Below are positions 28,753-38,765 of a DNA stretch of 64,000 nucleotides, in pieces (positions within the stretch are counted from its first letter, which is position 1; each line of letters begins with the position of its first letter). The notes beneath the pieces were generated by a model. The model ran no database searches, was not told the origin of the DNA, and worked only from the letters and a program-made list of their open reading frames with translations. The position numbers and the translations under genes are program-made. This DNA comes from Fervidicoccaceae archaeon (lineage in GTDB: Archaea > Thermoproteota > Thermoprotei_A > Sulfolobales > Fervidicoccaceae), in assembly GCA_038734945.1 (NCBI GenBank), contig JAVYOA010000001.1, forward strand, positions 62,001 through 126,000, given 5' to 3'.

Positions 28753-31560
28753 TCAGAACCCTTCATTCTCCTCCTCCACATATGAAATCCTCCCCCTCTT
28801 CACAACTCGTAGAACGGTGTCACCTGCTTCCTTCAGCCCCTCATCATGGGTTACCACAATGATCTGCGCTCCTTTTCCAACAGTAATAGCCTCTCTAAGC
28901 ACATCCGCCAAATATCTTACTCTTGTCTCATCCAAGTTAACTGTTGGCTCGTCGAGCACAATGAAGCCCGATCTTCTTCCCCCACCATAGAGCTCACTGA
29001 CAACTTCCTGCGCTGCAAATATAAAAGAAAGATAAACTGCTACCTTCTCTCCTCCACTTGACCCATCTAGAATAACTTCCATATCTTGAGCGGAGTTTAT
29101 GAGTGAAATATTGAAATAATCATCTATTCTTATGTCATCATAGGAGAGATCGAATCTTCTATACGATTCCACCAACCTGGTCTTCAGTGCTCTGATAGCA
29201 TATTGCATAAGAAGCGGGGGAATCCCCTTCTCTCTATCGAAGAGAGACCTAACTCTCAGGAGAACTTTGAGCTTATATACGGTCTCAACCATGGAGCCTT
29301 TCAAAGCTCTGAGGAATTTCTCCTGCTCTTCTAGTCTGCCAAGCTTCTCTGTTAGCGAGCCTTTCTCGTTCCTCACTCTAGCCAGTTCCCTCTCATTGAT
29401 CTCCAGGCTTTCGTTGAGGTTGCTGAGCTGGAGCGCGAGCTGCTGCCTCCTTTCCAGAAGGCCTGGCAGCTGTGAGGCTTTTTCCTCGAGCTCTGCTATT
29501 TTTTCCTCCATGCTTCTGATTCTCTCTCTGATAGAAGCGAGCTCTGATTGCTTGGCTTCTGGCTGAATTTCTTTCAGCTTTCTTTCCAGCTTAGCTATAT
29601 TTCCCTTTAGCTCAGCAAAGGTCATGAGCTCAGCATGAGATGAAGGAGAAACGAGCTGTTCTTTCTGCTTGGAGATCCTCTCCTGGATAATCTGCAATGC
29701 TTCCAGGCTTTCCATATCCACATTTTCCAAGCTCAGAGCCTGATCTTCTATCTCCCTCAATTTGCTCAGAATGGCCTCCCTTGCTGACTGCATTGAGTGA
29801 TGCAGCTCCAGCATCCTGCTTAAATTATCCTTTTGCCGCGAATACGCTTCGAGCTCGAGCTCCACGTTTTTCAGTTGGTTCTGGTATTCCTCTATTTTCA
29901 TCATAGAAAGCTTGTTTCTTAATGTGTTTAGTTCGCCCAGCTTAACTCGAATTCTATTCATCTCCTTCTTACAGTTCTCCAGCTCCATCTCAGCTTTTTT
30001 GAGAGCTTCCAGCTCTGCTATACTGCTATCGAGCTCGCTCGCATATTTTTTAAGCAGCTCGTTCCTATGAGCTTCATCCAGCTCTCTTCCGCATACAGGA
30101 CATCTTCCTTTTGCTGTTTTCAGCTCCTCTATTGCCCTCTTCAGCTGATCAATGCTGCTTTCAAGCAGTGCTATTCTCGCCTTCTTCTCACTGAGCTTAG
30201 CTGAGAGGCTGCTATCCATTGTTTCTACAGCATCATTGAGATCCCTAGTGTTTATCTCAATGCTTCCTGCACAAGCAACATTATGAAGGAGGGAGAGAAG
30301 TTCTTTTTCTCCAGACTCAAGGTTTTTGGAAAGATACTCCTGATCCTGAATGTACTGCCTGAGAACACCTTTCCTCCTCTCGAGCTCCCTTATCCTCTCA
30401 TCCATTTCTTTGAGCTGCCTATCAGATATTACTCTTAGCTCCTCCAGTGTTCCGGAAATCTTCAGCTCTTCAGCCAGCTTATGCAGGGAAATTAGATTAT
30501 CTGAATAGCTCTTTAGAGCTTTTTCTATTTCCTCATATAGTCTCATTTTAACAAACTGCTTGTAATCCTCCAGCTGCTTTTTTATGCTCTCTGCCTTTTC
30601 CAGCTCTTCTGAGAGCTTCTTCTCCTTTTCCCTGAATGTTGAGAGCTCTCTCCTCATCTCCTGGAGCTTCTCACTGGCCTTATTGGCTTCGGAGACCAGA
30701 GGTTCCAGGCTACCAATCTCTCCCAATATTGATGCTTTCTCTTTCTCCAATGCTTTTTTGCTCTCCAAAAGGCTTCTCTCCTTTGCTATGCTGTCCTGAA
30801 GCATCTGCTGAGCTCTTTCCTTTTCTTTTTGAATTCTCTCCAGGCCATCATCGATTTGTTTCAAAGTTGAGGTGGCTTCTTCCAGATCTTTTTCCGTGAT
30901 TTTGTAGCTTCTTCTGAAGGGGATGCTTATTTCTTCAGGTTGCTTGAAATCAAGTTTAACGTCTACCGCTAGATCCTTCATGCTTTCCCATGCTTTTGCG
31001 TATGCACTCAAACCGAGAATGCGCTGGAGGAACTCTATTTTGTCCCTACCGTTGGAGGATAGAACTGCGCCTATTTCCTCCATCTTTCCTTGGTTGAGAA
31101 TGACAAGATCGATGAGCAGCTTCTTCAGGCTCTCTTTCTCCAGTGACTCGAAGTCCGATAAAAAGACAAGGCTACCAAGTTTTCTTGTCACATCTTCTGC
31201 TCCTGTAGCGATAATTCTTTCTTTACCATCCTTTATCATTCGAAGAGTATCCTCTCTTGCTCCTCCTCTCCTTCCCCTCTTCCTTGTGACCACATACTTT
31301 ACGCTACCGTCGGTTAGAACAAGCGTGACGCGCATTTCGTTTCTCCCTCTGTGAATTGCATTTTCTATTGTGACGTCGGGAAGTGCTCCGAGAATTGCGA
31401 AGTAAATTCCTTTAACAATGCTCGATTTTCCAGCTCCGTTCTCCCCAACAATAATGGTTATTCCATCTGAGAAGGAAATCTCGGTGGGAGAACCATAGCT
31501 GTAGAAGTTCTCCAAGATGAGCTTCTCCAGCTTAAGAGGTTGGAGGCTCATGGGGATCAT
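28753..31560 (-). CDS. rad50: Rad50 ATPase
   Basis: GENGAGKSS, long coiled coil with CPVC zinc hook, SGGE, LDEPT, VTHD. Confidence 0.95.
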   Translation of the reverse strand: MIPMSLQPLKLEKLILENFYSYGSPTEISFSDGITIIVGENGAGKSSIVKGIYFAILGALPDVTIENAIHRGRNEMRVTLVLTDGSVKYVVTRKRGRRGGAREDTLRMIKDGKERIIATGAEDVTRKLGSLVFLSDFESLEKESLKKLLIDLVILNQGKMEEIGAVLSSNGRDKIEFLQRILGLSAYAKAWESMKDLAVDVKLDFKQPEEISIPFRRSYKITEKDLEEATSTLKQIDDGLERIQKEKERAQQMLQDSIAKERSLLESKKALEKEKASILGEIGSLEPLVSEANKASEKLQEMRRELSTFREKEKKLSEELEKAESIKKQLEDYKQFVKMRLYEEIEKALKSYSDNLISLHKLAEELKISGTLEELRVISDRQLKEMDERIRELERRKGVLRQYIQDQEYLSKNLESGEKELLSLLHNVACAGSIEINTRDLNDAVETMDSSLSAKLSEKKARIALLESSIDQLKRAIEELKTAKGRCPVCGRELDEAHRNELLKKYASELDSSIAELEALKKAEMELENCKKEMNRIRVKLGELNTLRNKLSMMKIEEYQNQLKNVELELEAYSRQKDNLSRMLELHHSMQSAREAILSKLREIEDQALSLENVDMESLEALQIIQERISKQKEQLVSPSSHAELMTFAELKGNIAKLERKLKEIQPEAKQSELASIRERIRSMEEKIAELEEKASQLPGLLERRQQLALQLSNLNESLEINERELARVRNEKGSLTEKLGRLEEQEKFLRALKGSMVETVYKLKVLLRVRSLFDREKGIPPLLMQYAIRALKTRLVESYRRFDLSYDDIRIDDYFNISLINSAQDMEVILDGSSGGEKVAVYLSFIFAAQEVVSELYGGGRRSGFIVLDEPTVNLDETRVRYLADVLREAITVGKGAQIIVVTHDEGLKEAGDTVLRVVKRGRISYVEEENEGF

Positions 31561-32837
31561 CTCTTGAACTTCATCAGTCCCTGCTCACTTCCATGAGGCC
31601 TTTCCTTATTGATTGCATCGCCTATTCCAGGCCACTTTTCAATTGCCTTGTTCCAGTAATCCCTTCTCTCCGTTATTGCTTCAGCAATCTCTCTGCAGTC
31701 TTTCTCCTCTTCGGAAAGGCAGTTCTTCAGATCTATTATGAGCTTAGCTATCTGCTCGTCTGCAACTATTTTGCTCATAATTTTCAGTTCATTGGATCCT
31801 CCTGCTCCTCGAAACCCCTCAACTTTTTCGAATAGGCGATCTGACTCGCTGGGCCTAGAGGTTATAGAGATGAGAACGTTCCTGCTCCGCAGAGCATTCA
31901 GGCGAGACTGGATCTCTTTCCTCAGTATTTCCACTTCATCTCCTTCCAGCAATATGTTTATTATAGGAGACCTGTCGCTCACCAATGTGCTGAGATATCT
32001 ATCTATTTTTCCCTGCAGCTCACCGATCTCTCGTGCAGACGAGATCTCGAATATTTCCTGAGGTCTTATGTCCAAGTCGACCTGGTGCACTATCGCTTCA
32101 TCTGAGCTTAGGTCAACGATGTAGAAGCCCTTGCCCTTCTTCTTCCACTCCTCTATCTCCTTCAGGGAGAGTATCTCCAGGCTTCCCGGATATGCAACTA
32201 TGCCTCTTTTTAAGTTGTCGATTATTCTGAAGTGCAGATGTCCCAAAGCATAATATGATATTCCATCTGGAAAGGATGCAAGCTCATAGCCGTCGGCTAG
32301 GGGGAAGTAGTCCTTCGTTGAAATGTGAGATATCATTATGTTCTTTCCATTTTCCTCCAGAGCTGTTTTCTCAATAAATCTCATTATGTTCTTTCCATTT
32401 TCTATTGCTCTAGGTCCTCTTATTGCACCAAGACCATAGAAGTTGAGCCTCATGCCTTCCTTTTCAATTGAGAGCATCTCGCTCTTTGAGTAGAAGTGCC
32501 TTAAGTGATATACTCCATCGAGGTATCTGGACACTAGATCTGTTGCTGTTAAGTCTCTCTCCGTAGAAGTGTCGTGCTCTCCATTAACCAGAAGGATCTT
32601 CCCTCCTTTCTGTAGGAACTCTAGAACTGCCTCTTTGAAGAGGGCTAATGTGTAATTGTTGGGCCTTGGCCTCTCAAACAGATCTCCAGATATTGCAAGG
32701 AGATCTACATGCTCCTGCACGAGGAGGTCCATCATCTGTCTGAATGCCAGCTCTATATCCCTGTTTCTCTCCTCTCCTTCAAATTTCATGAAGTTCTTTC
32801 CAAGATGAATGTCCGCTGCATGGGCCATAAGCACCAA
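31557..32837 (-). CDS. mre11: Mre11 nuclease
   Basis: ADIHLG, GDLFE, GEHD, YYALGHLH, YPGSLE; SD GGTGA before TTG 32837. Confidence 0.93.
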   Translation of the reverse strand: MVLMAHAADIHLGKNFMKFEGEERNRDIELAFRQMMDLLVQEHVDLLAISGDLFERPRPNNYTLALFKEAVLEFLQKGGKILLVNGEHDTSTERDLTATDLVSRYLDGVYHLRHFYSKSEMLSIEKEGMRLNFYGLGAIRGPRAIENGKNIMRFIEKTALEENGKNIMISHISTKDYFPLADGYELASFPDGISYYALGHLHFRIIDNLKRGIVAYPGSLEILSLKEIEEWKKKGKGFYIVDLSSDEAIVHQVDLDIRPQEIFEISSAREIGELQGKIDRYLSTLVSDRSPIINILLEGDEVEILRKEIQSRLNALRSRNVLISITSRPSESDRLFEKVEGFRGAGGSNELKIMSKIVADEQIAKLIIDLKNCLSEEEKDCREIAEAITERRDYWNKAIEKWPGIGDAINKERPHGSEQGLMKFKR

Positions 32838-32941
32838 GTGTGATTCACCGCTATCACAATTTGCTTGAACCATATGTGAGGAAGTGCTCTAAAGAGAAGA
32901 TTTGAAAGAGAAGATATAAAAAGATAGGAGCCCGAAAGTTC

Positions 32942-33124
32942 TCAAAATTCCTGATAATCATCAGGAACTCTTGCCCTGAAGTATTGCTTCGTTATTGGGC
33001 TCTGAAAAAGCCCCATCTTTATTCCCTTTCTACCGCTAGGACTCAGCCTCCAAACTTTTATGGGTACTAGCTCAACCTCCTTCCCCGTTGTCTTATCCTT
33101 TACTTTAACTGGTTTCTTTTCCAT
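32942..33124 (-). CDS. creN7: Chromatin protein Cren7
   Basis: PVKVK...GKEVELVPIKVWRLSPSGRKGIKMGLF...YFRARVPDDY. Confidence 0.93.
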   Translation of the reverse strand: MEKKPVKVKDKTTGKEVELVPIKVWRLSPSGRKGIKMGLFQSPITKQYFRARVPDDYQEF

Positions 33125-33193
33125 GAGAAGTTTCACCATTTTATAAATGACCTTACATCAAATTTATTACTGTTTCGCTCTCTCATTTTAAAA

Positions 33194-33460
33194 ATGGTGC
33201 TTTACTTGGCAATATGCGATGAAACAGATATCGTGATTGAAGACATCACCAAGTGCACGGAGCACCCTCTGACTCTCATAGTGGAACTGATGAAGTGTGC
33301 CCGAGAAAGTGGGAAAAGATATTCGGTTAGGGTTCCACATGGAAGTGTTCCCCTGAATCTCCTTATGGAGTATGCGAGGAGATATGATGTTTCTCTGGAT
33401 GTGAGTTCAGAAGGGGAGTATGTTAGATACGTCTTCACATCCAAAGCGGCTCGAGAATAG
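33194..33460 (+). CDS. Small hypothetical protein, possibly a divergent TusA/SirA fold
   Basis: 88 aa; DITKCTEHP loosely echoes the TusA CPxP region; C-terminal EGEYVRYVF. Confidence 0.4.
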   Translation: MVLYLAICDETDIVIEDITKCTEHPLTLIVELMKCARESGKRYSVRVPHGSVPLNLLMEYARRYDVSLDVSSEGEYVRYVFTSKAARE

Positions 33461-33566
33461 CGTTTTGCCTATAGGTCTTTTTTCTATTAATTACCTTCCA
33501 TTGCTCTTGCATCCTCAACAGTCAAGCTTATTTCTCGATTTGCTCCAATTTTCTTGGGTATAGAAA

Positions 33567-34184
33567 ATGGAGGAATCCTCCAAGATCATTGAGAAGATAA
33601 TAGGAACGAGAAGAAGCATAAGATGGTTCAAACAGGATCCCATTCCAGATGAGGATCTGAGGAGAATTCTTGAGGCCGGGATAAGGGCTCCAACTGCGAG
33701 CGGTGCGGAGCAGTGGCTATTTGTTGTTGTTAAGGATGAGGGAAAAAGGAGAGCTCTTCACGATTTCATAAAAAGAGGGCAGATGATTTACCTAACAAGG
33801 ATGCTGAAAAGAAGAGCGAAGCAGGAGGAGCTTGAGGAATGGGAGAGTATGTTTGAAAGAGGAATTTATCTAGCTCCCATATATGTGATGGGTTTGTTGA
33901 ATTACAACAGAAGGAGGCTAACGGATGAGTATCATCTCTATGAGTACTTGTGGGGAATAGAGAGCGTGACACTTGCTCTGGGGAACATGATTCTCACTGC
34001 TTGGGCCATGGGATATGGAAGTGTTTGGATCGCCGTTCCTCAGCTGCTTGAGGAGGAGCTGAAAGCTACTCTAGGACTGCCAGAAAATGCATCATACGTG
34101 GGAACTCTTGCCATTGGAAAGCCGGCGGAGCAACCTGAACTCAGGCCAAGAATTCCTCTGGAGGAGTCTGTTGTTTTACTTTGA
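33567..34184 (+). CDS. Nitroreductase family protein
   Basis: RRSIRWF, APTASGAEQWLFVVV, NMILTAWAMGYGSVW, IGKP. Confidence 0.9.
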   Translation: MEESSKIIEKIIGTRRSIRWFKQDPIPDEDLRRILEAGIRAPTASGAEQWLFVVVKDEGKRRALHDFIKRGQMIYLTRMLKRRAKQEELEEWESMFERGIYLAPIYVMGLLNYNRRRLTDEYHLYEYLWGIESVTLALGNMILTAWAMGYGSVWIAVPQLLEEELKATLGLPENASYVGTLAIGKPAEQPELRPRIPLEESVVLL

Positions 34185-34195
34185 TTTTAAAAAAA

Positions 34196-35515
34196 TCAGC
34201 TCTCATACTTAACAATTGATTCGATATGCTTCTTTTCATATTCTCTATGAAGCCTGGTGGAGAGGCTGGGAGCTGTTTTGAGAAGACTCTCGTTGTATTT
34301 TCTCTCGGCCTCATCCTTTGGCAATAGCCTAATTGCTCCTGTAGGACATAGATTTATGCATAGCCCACATCCTATGCAGTCCTTTGGATTGCTGCGAACC
34401 ACCTTTGCATCAGAGTCGTAGTAGAGGGCACCACCTCCTGCATCTCTGCAGGGATCTAAACATCTTCCGCAAGAGATGCAGAGGGCAGGATCTACAAAGG
34501 TTGCTCCCCATTCCTCAAAGCTCAACGAAGAATGGGGAACTATCTTGTTCCTCACTCTCCCCACAATATCATCGATGCTGTGAAACTTCCTTTCCTCCAT
34601 ATACTTTTGAAGGCCTTCAATCAGGTTGTTTATTATCCCATAGCCGTACCAGAGAACCGCGGTAACAAGCTGAACCGCTCTGGCTCCGACCATCATGTGC
34701 TCTACTGCATCGTACCAGCTCACTATGCCCCCAAGTCCAAAGATATGTGCGCTTGGTATTGCAGTAGAAACTTCATATATCAGCCTCAGAACTGCTGGCT
34801 TTACTGCTGGACCACTTAGTCCCCCTGGAGTCGAGAAACCCCTTACATTTGGAAGGGGTTCATCCTTATATACGTCTATGCCAATTATTCCAGTTCCGTG
34901 CGTATTGGCTATGGTAAAAGCATCAGCTCCTCCACTATGAGCACTGAGTGCTATTGGTTTGATGTCTGTAACTATTGGAGTTAGTTTGACGCTTACTGGG
35001 ACCTTGGCGTACTTTTTAACCTCCCTAACTATGCTTCCAACGAGCCCAGCATCCTGTCCTATGTAAGCTCCCATATATTTTTCAGGGCTCCCGTGAGGGC
35101 AGGAAACGTTGAGTTCTATGAAGTCTGTTCCAGCATCCTGCACTCTCTGAAGAGGTTCTATCCAGCTCTTGGGATCAATCCCTCCCATTATACTCGAGAT
35201 GAGAATGAAATCGCTTGGAGCCTTTGCCTTTATCTCCTTTATCCACTTCTCCCACTGCTCTACAGGGTAGGTTGTGAGCAGCTCTATGTTTTGATTAATG
35301 AAGTAGAATCCATCTATGCTCCTGAGTATAATGTGCGGAGTAGGATCCTTAGTTGGGGGAATTACGACGGTCTTGTGCACTGCCCCGCCCCATCCCATTT
35401 TTGCTGCCCTTATTATTCTTTCAGCATCTCTTGTTGGGGGGCCACTGCCCAAGATAAAAGGATTTGAAAACTCCACAGACGCAACCTGTGTTTTCAACTT
35501 TTCAAACTGGGACAT
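34196..35515 (-). CDS. preA: Dihydropyrimidine dehydrogenase subunit PreA (FMN + 2x[4Fe-4S])
   Basis: GSGPPT, GWGGAVHKT, NIEL, ELNVSCPHG, VKLTP, GGLSGPAVKP, CISCGRC and CIGCGLC. Confidence 0.88.
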   Translation of the reverse strand: MSQFEKLKTQVASVEFSNPFILGSGPPTRDAERIIRAAKMGWGGAVHKTVVIPPTKDPTPHIILRSIDGFYFINQNIELLTTYPVEQWEKWIKEIKAKAPSDFILISSIMGGIDPKSWIEPLQRVQDAGTDFIELNVSCPHGSPEKYMGAYIGQDAGLVGSIVREVKKYAKVPVSVKLTPIVTDIKPIALSAHSGGADAFTIANTHGTGIIGIDVYKDEPLPNVRGFSTPGGLSGPAVKPAVLRLIYEVSTAIPSAHIFGLGGIVSWYDAVEHMMVGARAVQLVTAVLWYGYGIINNLIEGLQKYMEERKFHSIDDIVGRVRNKIVPHSSLSFEEWGATFVDPALCISCGRCLDPCRDAGGGALYYDSDAKVVRSNPKDCIGCGLCINLCPTGAIRLLPKDEAERKYNESLLKTAPSLSTRLHREYEKKHIESIVKYES

Positions 35516-35603
35516 GATTTTATTCCCAGAAAACTAATGAATTTATTAATATTTATGTTTTTATTTTTGAAAATTAAGAAATATCACGAATAGATGAAGA
35601 AAA

Positions 35604-36308
35604 ATGGAGAGCTGCATACTTACTTTTGTGAAGTTCCTGGAGAACGAGGGAAAGATTGACGAGCAAGATCTCTCCACTCTAGAGTTCTCTAGGAGGTTGA
35701 GGGAAAAAATAAATTGGAAGCTTATAGGGGCAACAGTGGTAGGGGAGGAAAGCGATGCCTTGATATTGTCGAGGGAAGTGTTCAGCAGGGGGGCAGATGA
35801 AGTTCTTGCGCATATATGGAAAGGAAGGAAAGACAGCGATGTGCTCTCCTCTGCATTCATTATGAAGCGCTTCATAGATTATTCTAAGTGCAAGCTAGTC
35901 GTGTTCGGGGAAAGGAGCTCGGATACTTCATCAGGAAGTCTGGGTGCGTATGTTGCTGGATTGAGCGGAATGAGTCTTTTGATGTTTGTAAAAGAAGTAG
36001 TGGAAATTCAAGAGAAAAAAATAGTAGCTTCATCTGTTCTGAATGGTGAAATTTTGATTAGAGCTGAGCTTCCAGCTGTTCTTATACCTGCTGGGGAGCT
36101 CTTTTCTCCTAGACCAGTTCTAATAAGAGATAGGCTGGAGGCCAAGAGAAAAAGTCCCTCTCTTGTGTCTTTCAATGAGGAAGTTAATTCTCTGACTAGG
36201 CTTTTGTCCGTGCGTAAGCCTGAGTACAGGAAGAGAAGCTCGTTTGAGCTGAAGAGCGCCGAGGAAATTTTGAGAGTTTTTGCCAAGGTGGTAGGTGATA
36301 TTAGTTGA
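35604..36308 (+). CDS. etfB: Electron transfer flavoprotein beta subunit, divergent
   Basis: RGADE, FGERSSDTSSG, LPAVL, PRP...LEAKRK; overlaps an ETF alpha gene. Confidence 0.72.
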   Translation: MESCILTFVKFLENEGKIDEQDLSTLEFSRRLREKINWKLIGATVVGEESDALILSREVFSRGADEVLAHIWKGRKDSDVLSSAFIMKRFIDYSKCKLVVFGERSSDTSSGSLGAYVAGLSGMSLLMFVKEVVEIQEKKIVASSVLNGEILIRAELPAVLIPAGELFSPRPVLIRDRLEAKRKSPSLVSFNEEVNSLTRLLSVRKPEYRKRSSFELKSAEEILRVFAKVVGDIS

Positions 36309-37255
36309 GAGTTCTCGCTGCGATGTTGGGAAGATCCTCTGCCAAGTTATCCGCGCATGTGCTTTCAGCTTCTGCTCTCATTGGGGAGAGCGCCTCCCTT
36401 TTTGTATATGACCCCGAGCTGAGTAAAAATGAGGCATCTCTGAGCGTGCCCGCAGTTTTTGATGAGGGATGGCTTGCTATCGGAGAGCATCCTGTCTTGC
36501 CGGAGGAAATAAAGAACTGCTTAAGAAAAGTTCTTGAAATGGGTGATTTCTCTGCAGTTATCTTCAATGATTCTCCTCTTTCCTTCTGGGTTGCGCCTCT
36601 CCTAGCTGGAGAGCTCCGTCTTCCCATAATAACTGAAGTTATAGGAGCAAGGAAGGAGGAAAATAAAATCATCGTGATTAGGCCACTCAATCAGGAGTCA
36701 GTATGGGGAGAATATGAGATCCTCTCTGATAGGTTTGTTCTGATTATTAGAAGGGGAAGCCTATTTCCAAAGCCTTCAGAGTTGAAAAAAATGTTTTTGG
36801 AAGAGATGAAGATAGAGAAGATCGGTGGAAAAACTGAAGCAATAAGTTGGAGCGAAACTGATGGAAGCAAGCTGGAAGATGCTCCAATTGTAATTGGAAT
36901 CGGAGATGGAGTGAGGCAGAGTAATACTTTGAAGGAAGCTCTTGAGTTGGCAAAGATCCTGGGAGCCGAATACTGCTGCACTAAGCCTGTCGTGGAGAGT
37001 GGAATTATGGAAAGGGAGAGAATTGTTGGTATGAGTGGGAAGAGAATATCTCCCAAGCTATATATGGCCCTTGGGATCTCCGGATCTGCTTACCACCTTG
37101 CAGGGGTAATGTCCTCGGAAATTATATTGTCAATAAATCTGGACAGAAATTCTTCCATGAACAAGAACTCTGACTATTATTATGTTGGAGATCTTAGGAC
37201 GGTTCTACCAAGATTGATTGAGCTCTTCAGACAGATGCCCTCCTCTCCACCCTAG
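36305..37255 (+). CDS. etfA: Electron transfer flavoprotein alpha subunit, divergent
   Basis: LEDAPIVIGIG, VGMSGKRISPKLYMALGISG...HLAG, INLD, SDYYYVGDL. Confidence 0.85.
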   Translation: MRVLAAMLGRSSAKLSAHVLSASALIGESASLFVYDPELSKNEASLSVPAVFDEGWLAIGEHPVLPEEIKNCLRKVLEMGDFSAVIFNDSPLSFWVAPLLAGELRLPIITEVIGARKEENKIIVIRPLNQESVWGEYEILSDRFVLIIRRGSLFPKPSELKKMFLEEMKIEKIGGKTEAISWSETDGSKLEDAPIVIGIGDGVRQSNTLKEALELAKILGAEYCCTKPVVESGIMERERIVGMSGKRISPKLYMALGISGSAYHLAGVMSSEIILSINLDRNSSMNKNSDYYYVGDLRTVLPRLIELFRQMPSSPP

Positions 37256-37355
37256 AGGACGAGGCCTTCAGGTTGTAGAAAAGCAAAGCAGCGAAGCTTG
37301 ATAAGTTGATATAAAAATGAGAGGCTGTCTTTTTGTGCTTGACTGAGGCTACATG

Positions 37356-37670
37356 CTAATCTTCTTCGCTCAGAGCAATCTTTATGGGCTGCAATATGTG
37401 ATCTGGAATGTAGTATAGCTTGAAGCATTTATCCTTTGATGGCCTTGCCTCAATATAGGTCAAAAGTCCAGCCTTTTTCAGGTTGTTTATTGCTTTCTCT
37501 AGCCTCTTATAGTTAGTTCCAAGCTTTCTGGAGATTGCTCTGAAGCTGAGAGGTCCCTCTCTTATGATTAGCCTCAATATGGCTATTCTCAGATCATCAT
37601 CTATGGCCTTTACTATCAGTTTTGCTACTTGATTGTTCGCATCCCTTGCTTTCACGTCGATTTCTTCCAT
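37356..37670 (-). CDS. ArsR-like winged-helix transcriptional regulator
   Basis: LRIAILRLI..EGPLSFRAISRKLG...LKKAGLL...KLYYI. Confidence 0.75.
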   Translation of the reverse strand: MEEIDVKARDANNQVAKLIVKAIDDDLRIAILRLIIREGPLSFRAISRKLGTNYKRLEKAINNLKKAGLLTYIEARPSKDKCFKLYYIPDHILQPIKIALSEED

Positions 37671-37781
37671 ATTCCATGCTACCTTTCCCTTCGGTTTCTA
37701 CATACATAAAAGTATCATATAAAAATATTGCTTTTCAAATATATAATTTTTTCGTAATAGTGTGTTATATTGTTATTTCAT

Positions 37782-38765
37782 TTAGTCCAAAAATTTATAT
37801 ACGTAACAAATATCTCTATCATTTACAATATACTCTCCTTCACTGCCTGCAACAATTGGCCTCTCCAGTATTTTTGACGCCTTTACCAGCTCTTCAGGAT
37901 CCTTGAGCTCAATCCTCGTGGAAGTGCATAGAGGGTTCTGAGTGCTTCCTTTAATTATTATGCTGCCATATTTTTTCTCGAACTTCTCCTGCTCACTCGA
38001 TGCTCTGCTCTCCCTCACAGCTACATATAGGAAAAGGGAAGCAGTTCCAGCAATGGAAATTAGAATAGAAAGCGTTCTAGCAGTGGAAACACTCATTCCA
38101 GAGATGCTGTTCTGTATTATAGTGGAATTTGTTTTCGATATATTTGCTGAGTAGTGGAGTGGGGTGCCTATTTCTATCCTGTTTCTCGAAAGATCAACCT
38201 TGATAACTAGTTCGTGAGAGAAGACGCTCGTTGCTCTATATCCTCCAATGAGAACTTCTGCAGGACCGCTGGAGCTTATGCTTATATTATACGAAGTTAG
38301 CCTCAGACCTGCCTGTCTCGATAAATAGTCCATGTAGGATGTAACTTCGCTCAAGTTTAGCACAAAGGTTTTTGAGAATGAACTCATGCCAGTGACATTC
38401 ATGCTACTTAGGTAGTAGTTCTTTGTCCATCCGTCTGGATGAACTAGTGCTATGGTATACGTGGCATTTCCGCTGAAGCTCCCACCGCTCAGCTTCTCTG
38501 TTTGATTTACCACGATTTCATTGACTAGAGAAGCATAGATGGGAACACCTGTACTGAATGTTATATAGTCAGAGGGATATATCTCGTTGGGAAGAAAGTG
38601 AAGGTAGATCTGAAAGTCGGACTCTCTGAATTCATTGTACAGGAGGGTGGTTTTCGTCAGCTGCTCTGGTTTTGAGTAAGATGCAATTGAGAGTGCGAGG
38701 CCCGCAATTATCAGGAGAGCTGAGATGATTAGAAGGAGTGTGTGCTTCTTTGAGCCTCTGCTCAC
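37782..38765 (-). CDS. DUF5305-like membrane protein
   Basis: N-terminal TM, extracellular S/T-rich beta region, second TM, cytoplasmic KYGSIII...ELVKASKILERPI...YVY tail; next to a SipW-type peptidase. Confidence 0.7.
   Translation of the reverse strand: MSRGSKKHTLLLIISALLIIAGLALSIASYSKPEQLTKTTLLYNEFRESDFQIYLHFLPNEIYPSDYITFSTGVPIYASLVNEIVVNQTEKLSGGSFSGNATYTIALVHPDGWTKNYYLSSMNVTGMSSFSKTFVLNLSEVTSYMDYLSRQAGLRLTSYNISISSSGPAEVLIGGYRATSVFSHELVIKVDLSRNRIEIGTPLHYSANISKTNSTIIQNSISGMSVSTARTLSILISIAGTASLFLYVAVRESRASSEQEKFEKKYGSIIIKGSTQNPLCTSTRIELKDPEELVKASKILERPIVAGSEGEYIVNDRDICYVYKFLD

Noticed and set aside
25824..32837. HerA/NurA/SMC-like genes as an anti-phage defence system, or the charged HerA insertion as an intein
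   Set aside because: Gene order and motifs match the housekeeping resection operon; the insertion is short and low-complexity with no intein terminal motifs.
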